40,002 nucleotides of DNA from Anaerolineales bacterium UBA4826 (GTDB lineage: Bacteria; Chloroflexota; Anaerolineae; UBA4142). The notes under the pieces are model-generated. The model was not told where the DNA came from. It was given only the letters and a program-made list of their open reading frames with translations, and made no database searches. Of the stretch, positions 36,697 through 40,002 are shown piece after piece. Each line of letters opens with the position of its first letter. Positions within the stretch are counted from its first letter, which is position 1. The stretch is from contig DHFK01000008.1 of the NCBI GenBank assembly GCA_002400365.1, positions 6,693 to 46,694 of the forward strand. The letters run 5' to 3'. Both the position numbers and the translations under genes were made by a program.

Positions 36697-37935
36697 CTAA
36701 CCAGGCAAGAATGCCCGTTTTGCCCAGCCGATCAACCCACTCACCGCGCCCGGTTTGCGTTGAGATTCGCGCGAGGGCACACTCAGCCCCTCGACTTGTT
36801 TTTGCTTCCAGCCCCACTGCAACAACCCAACGCTAGTCGCAAACGCCGCAGACGCCACCCGGTCTGTGAATCCTTCGATATCGCGCGGCGCGCCGATCCG
36901 CACCGGCATCTGCAACACATCGCGCGCCACGGTCTTGATCCCCGCCAATTCCGCAGACCCGCCGCACAATACGACGCCGGCAGGCAGCAAATTGTCGTAA
37001 CCCGAGCGCTTGACCTCGGTCAGGATCAGTTGGCAGATTTCCTCCGCGCGCGCGCCGATGATTTCGGCAATGTCACGCCGCGCGACGGTCCGCTTGCCTT
37101 CTTCGCCGAAAGCCGTCACGTCAATGTACTCGGTTTCCGGAATCTGATTCGGATCTGCGTGACCGTACTTGATTTTCATTTCCTCCGCGGCGTTGAAGGG
37201 CGTGCGCAAACCGACCGCGAGATCGTTCGTAATATGGATGCCGCCGGTCGGCAGCACGACCGTGTGCCACGCGCTTCCGTCAATGAAAATCGCGACGTCG
37301 GTCGTGCCGCCGCCAATGTCCGCCAGCACGACGCCCATCTCTTTTTCTGCCGAGGTCAAGACCGCGTCACCGGCGGCGATCGGCTCTAAAACCAGGGAAG
37401 CGATCTTCAAGCCCGCGCCTTCGACTGCCTTGACGACGTTCTGGATAGACGCCGCCGCGCCGGTGACGATGTGCGCTTCGACTTCGAGCCGAAAGCCCAC
37501 CATCCCCAGTGGGTCTTTCACTCCATCTTGTCCATCCAGGATATAACCACGCGGGATCGTGTGAATGATTTCGCGGTTCTGCGGCACGGCGATCGCTTCC
37601 GCCGCTTCCATCGCGCGATCCATGTCGTCCTGAGTCACGCCGCGCCCGCCGTGAATCCCCGCGACGCCGCGCGAGTTGGTGGATTGAATGTGCGCGCCGG
37701 CAATCCCGACGTACGCCACATCCAGCGCGATCCCGGACACGCGTTCCGCCTGCTCAAGCGCTTCGGCGATCGCCTGCGCCGCCTCTTTCACGTCCGTGAC
37801 CACGCCCTTGCGCAAGCCGCGCGAAGGCGCCACGCCCGCGCCCAGGATGCGCCACGTGCCCGCGTCCGTAAACTCCCCAACGAGCGCGCAGGTCTTGGTC
37901 GTTCCGATGTCCAGTGCCGCGATAGGTGTTGGCAT
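36697..37935 (-). CDS. ftsA: Cell division protein FtsA
   Basis: ALDIGTTKT; GLRKGVV; LADIGGGTTD; GGIHITNDL; VLCGGSA. Confidence 0.97.
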   Translation of the reverse strand: MPTPIAALDIGTTKTCALVGEFTDAGTWRILGAGVAPSRGLRKGVVTDVKEAAQAIAEALEQAERVSGIALDVAYVGIAGAHIQSTNSRGVAGIHGGRGVTQDDMDRAMEAAEAIAVPQNREIIHTIPRGYILDGQDGVKDPLGMVGFRLEVEAHIVTGAAASIQNVVKAVEGAGLKIASLVLEPIAAGDAVLTSAEKEMGVVLADIGGGTTDVAIFIDGSAWHTVVLPTGGIHITNDLAVGLRTPFNAAEEMKIKYGHADPNQIPETEYIDVTAFGEEGKRTVARRDIAEIIGARAEEICQLILTEVKRSGYDNLLPAGVVLCGGSAELAGIKTVARDVLQMPVRIGAPRDIEGFTDRVASAAFATSVGLLQWGWKQKQVEGLSVPSRESQRKPGAVSGLIGWAKRAFLPG

Positions 37936-37959
37936 GTCCTTCTCCAATTTTCAGAGTGA

Positions 37960-38013
37960 CAATGACAAACGACAAACAGACTCGGCGATTTGTTCATTTG
38001 TCATTTGTCATTG
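37960..38013. repeat. Inverted heptamer arrays (TTTGTCA, STRR2-like) between ftsQ and ftsA
   Basis: CAATGACAAACGACAAA ... TTTGTTCATTTGTCATTTGTCATTG; overlaps the ftsQ stop codon. Confidence 0.8.
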
Positions 38014-38808
38014 ATAGTACGGATCGCCCTTGCTCAAATCAATGAACTGGACGCGCACATTCCGGCTGACCAACTGCTGCACCAGGGCGCGCAGCGTTGC
38101 CACTTTGCCCGCCATCTCCTCCGCGTCGCCCAGGTAGATCCTCCAGCCGCGCTCGTCGGTGAACGTCAAGCCGCGCGCCGCCGACCACTCTAGCGAGCGG
38201 GGTCCGTCTGGATACGCCGCGCGGAATGTCCAGAACGCGGCGACGGCGTCCGGCTGCGCGCGCTGCCCGGGGATGATCGGGTTTTGATCCAGATCGCGCA
38301 GCACCGGCAACTCCGCCAGATGCGCGCGCGCGCGGAAAGCGCTCCCGGCGGCGTCCACCCAGTACATTTCCCCGCCGCGCAGCCAGGTAATCTCCGGCTT
38401 GCGCTCCTCAATGTCCACTGTCACCTGGTTGGGAATGCGCGTCGTCACGCGCGCCGATTTCACCTCGGGCAGTTTCGCCAGGGCTTGTTCCACGGCGCGC
38501 GCATCAATGAAGAAAAGATTATAGCCGACAATTCCGCTTGCCTTTTCCACCTCAGCCAGAGTTAGAGTCCGCGTGCCGGTCACTTGAAGATCGAAAACGT
38601 AGAACGTATCGGTCGCAAATGCCAGGCACAAGCCCGCGCCGACAAGCAGGGTCAGCATCAGCGCAAATATCTTGGGGCGTTGCGCGCGCCACGTCTGACC
38701 GAGCAGAGACGGCTTGGGCATCACGCCTGCGGCAGTCGTGCGCAGCCGGCGACTGGTTCGCCGCGCGGCGGAGCGTCTGGTTATTCTGCGCTGAGATGAG
38801 TAGGTCAT
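38008..38808 (-). CDS. ftsQ: Cell division protein FtsQ/DivIB
   Basis: Basic N-terminus, single TM, POTRA domain (LQVTG..NLFFID..LPEVKSARV..PNQVTVDIEER), C-terminal FIDL; lies between ddl and ftsA. Confidence 0.9.
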   Translation of the reverse strand: MTYSSQRRITRRSAARRTSRRLRTTAAGVMPKPSLLGQTWRAQRPKIFALMLTLLVGAGLCLAFATDTFYVFDLQVTGTRTLTLAEVEKASGIVGYNLFFIDARAVEQALAKLPEVKSARVTTRIPNQVTVDIEERKPEITWLRGGEMYWVDAAGSAFRARAHLAELPVLRDLDQNPIIPGQRAQPDAVAAFWTFRAAYPDGPRSLEWSAARGLTFTDERGWRIYLGDAEEMAGKVATLRALVQQLVSRNVRVQFIDLSKGDPYYQ

Positions 38809-38809
38809 G

Positions 38810-39946
38810 TCACGGTTCGTACGTCGTCTTGGATTTGCGTTTGTCCGCGTGCCGTTCCAGCGCCAACTGAATCAGGCGATCAATCAACGCGGCATACGAT
38901 AGTCCGCTCTGCTCCCACATCTTTGGGTACATCGAAACCGCGGTAAAGCCGGGAATCGTATTGATCTCGTTCAGGATCAGTTTGTTCGTCGCGCGTTCGA
39001 GAAAAAAATCCACGCGCGCCAAGCCGCTGCCGTCAATCGCTTTGAACGCGCGGATCGCCATCTCCTGGACCGCGCGCGTCGTCTCCGGCGACAGGTCCGC
39101 CGGCACGATGAGTTCCGTCCCGGCTTCGTCGGCGTATTTCGCCGCATAGTCATAGAACTCGCGCTTGGGCAACACCTCGCCCGGGGTCGCGGCGATCGGC
39201 TCGTCGTTGCCCAGGACACTGCACTCGATCTCGCGCGCGTTCTCCGCAGCGCGCTCGGCGATCAACTTGCGATCGTACTGCGCGGCGGTTGCGAGCGCTT
39301 GCGCGAGTTCGTCCCAGTTGTGCGCCTTGGTCACGCCGACGCTCGAGCCCAGGTTCGCCGGCTTGACAAAGCAGGGGTAACCAAACGCGCTCTCGATGCG
39401 ATGGATCGTCGCTTCCGGCTGCGCGTCCCAGTCGCGGCGGAGGATCACCATCCAGTCCATCACCGGCAAATTGTTCGCGCGAAAGATGGCTTTCATCAGC
39501 GCCTTGTCCATTCCCACCGCGCTGGCAGCCACCCCCGCGCCCACGTACGCCACGTCGGCAAGTTCCAACAGTCCCTGAATCGTTCCATCTTCGCCAAAGG
39601 GGCCGTGCACCAGCGGAAACGCGACGTCGAGCGCGGCTAACGGCGACGCGCTGACCGTTCCATTCGACGCCCTGGGCACCAACTCGGCGCTGTTCAGCGT
39701 TTTCTCGTTTGGTTTTGGCGCCGCCGGTTCGATCGGCGCGAGCAATGGCGTCGGGCTTGCCGCCGCGAGTTGTTTGAGCGCGTTGTCGCCGGCAAGCCAC
39801 CGTCCCTGCTTGGTGATGCCGATGAGCACAATTTCGTACTTGTCTTGGTCCAGCGCGCGCGCGACGGATTGCGCCGAAGCCAACGAAACCTCGTGCTCGC
39901 CTGACTTGCCGCCGAAAATAAGCCCTACCCGAATTTTGTGCGTCAC
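38810..39946 (-). CDS. ddl: D-alanine--D-alanine ligase
   Basis: [12 protein letters not shown]; HGPFGEDG; [11 protein letters not shown]; FYDYAAKY; [10 protein letters not shown]. Start uncertain (GTG 39946 or TTG 39997). Confidence 0.95.
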   Translation of the reverse strand: MTHKIRVGLIFGGKSGEHEVSLASAQSVARALDQDKYEIVLIGITKQGRWLAGDNALKQLAAASPTPLLAPIEPAAPKPNEKTLNSAELVPRASNGTVSASPLAALDVAFPLVHGPFGEDGTIQGLLELADVAYVGAGVAASAVGMDKALMKAIFRANNLPVMDWMVILRRDWDAQPEATIHRIESAFGYPCFVKPANLGSSVGVTKAHNWDELAQALATAAQYDRKLIAERAAENAREIECSVLGNDEPIAATPGEVLPKREFYDYAAKYADEAGTELIVPADLSPETTRAVQEMAIRAFKAIDGSGLARVDFFLERATNKLILNEINTIPGFTAVSMYPKMWEQSGLSYAALIDRLIQLALERHADKRKSKTTYEP

Positions 39947-39955
39947 AGTAATCTT

Positions 39956-39985
39956 GCTCTGGAGGCTGGAGATTAGAGATTGGAT
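39956..39985. repeat. Heptamer tandem array (GAGATTA/GAGGCTG) upstream of ddl
   Basis: CTGGAGG CTGGAGA TTAGAGA TTGGA; a partner arm may lie beyond the window. Confidence 0.55.
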
Positions 39986-40002
39986 TCGATCATCCAACTT
40001 CT

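Noticed and set aside
1-40002. tRNA, rRNA, CRISPR arrays, IS transposases, prophage genes
   Set aside because: None recognisable by eye in this window.

Overview
GC-rich bacterial window, most likely Chloroflexota/Anaerolineae-like (inferred from a C-terminal YLPLILR motif, a CSLREA surface protein and the ftsZ-nrdR-nrdJ order). From left to right: (1) the 3' part of a large unknown protein and three co-oriented lipoprotein hydrolases (sulfatase, Asp-box propeller+GH39, alpha/beta-hydrolase); (2) a SARP/BTAD-NB-ARC-TPR regulator divergent from a 68-aa protein and a CSLREA beta-helix surface protein, with a SARP-type direct-repeat promoter between them; (3) a ~13-kb, 10-gene surface-glycan operon (3 GT2, deacetylase, PRTase/kinase-like/HAD tri-domain protein, FemAB-like GNAT, Wzx-kinase fusion, polytopic membrane protein, two small membrane proteins) behind a sigma-70 promoter and a c-di-GMP-II riboswitch overlapping an intrinsic terminator; (4) on the minus strand ddl-ftsQ-ftsA-ftsZ-nrdR-nrdJ (nrdJ carries a 395-aa LAGLIDADG intein) followed by two duplicated GH26 genes. 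Best leads: the c-di-GMP-switched glycan operon with a possible ribosylation/phosphorylation enzyme; tandem NrdR boxes on a consensus promoter directly upstream of ftsZ; and many small inverted heptamer/REP-like repeats, several inside coding sequences in frame. All calls were made by eye; no searches were run.
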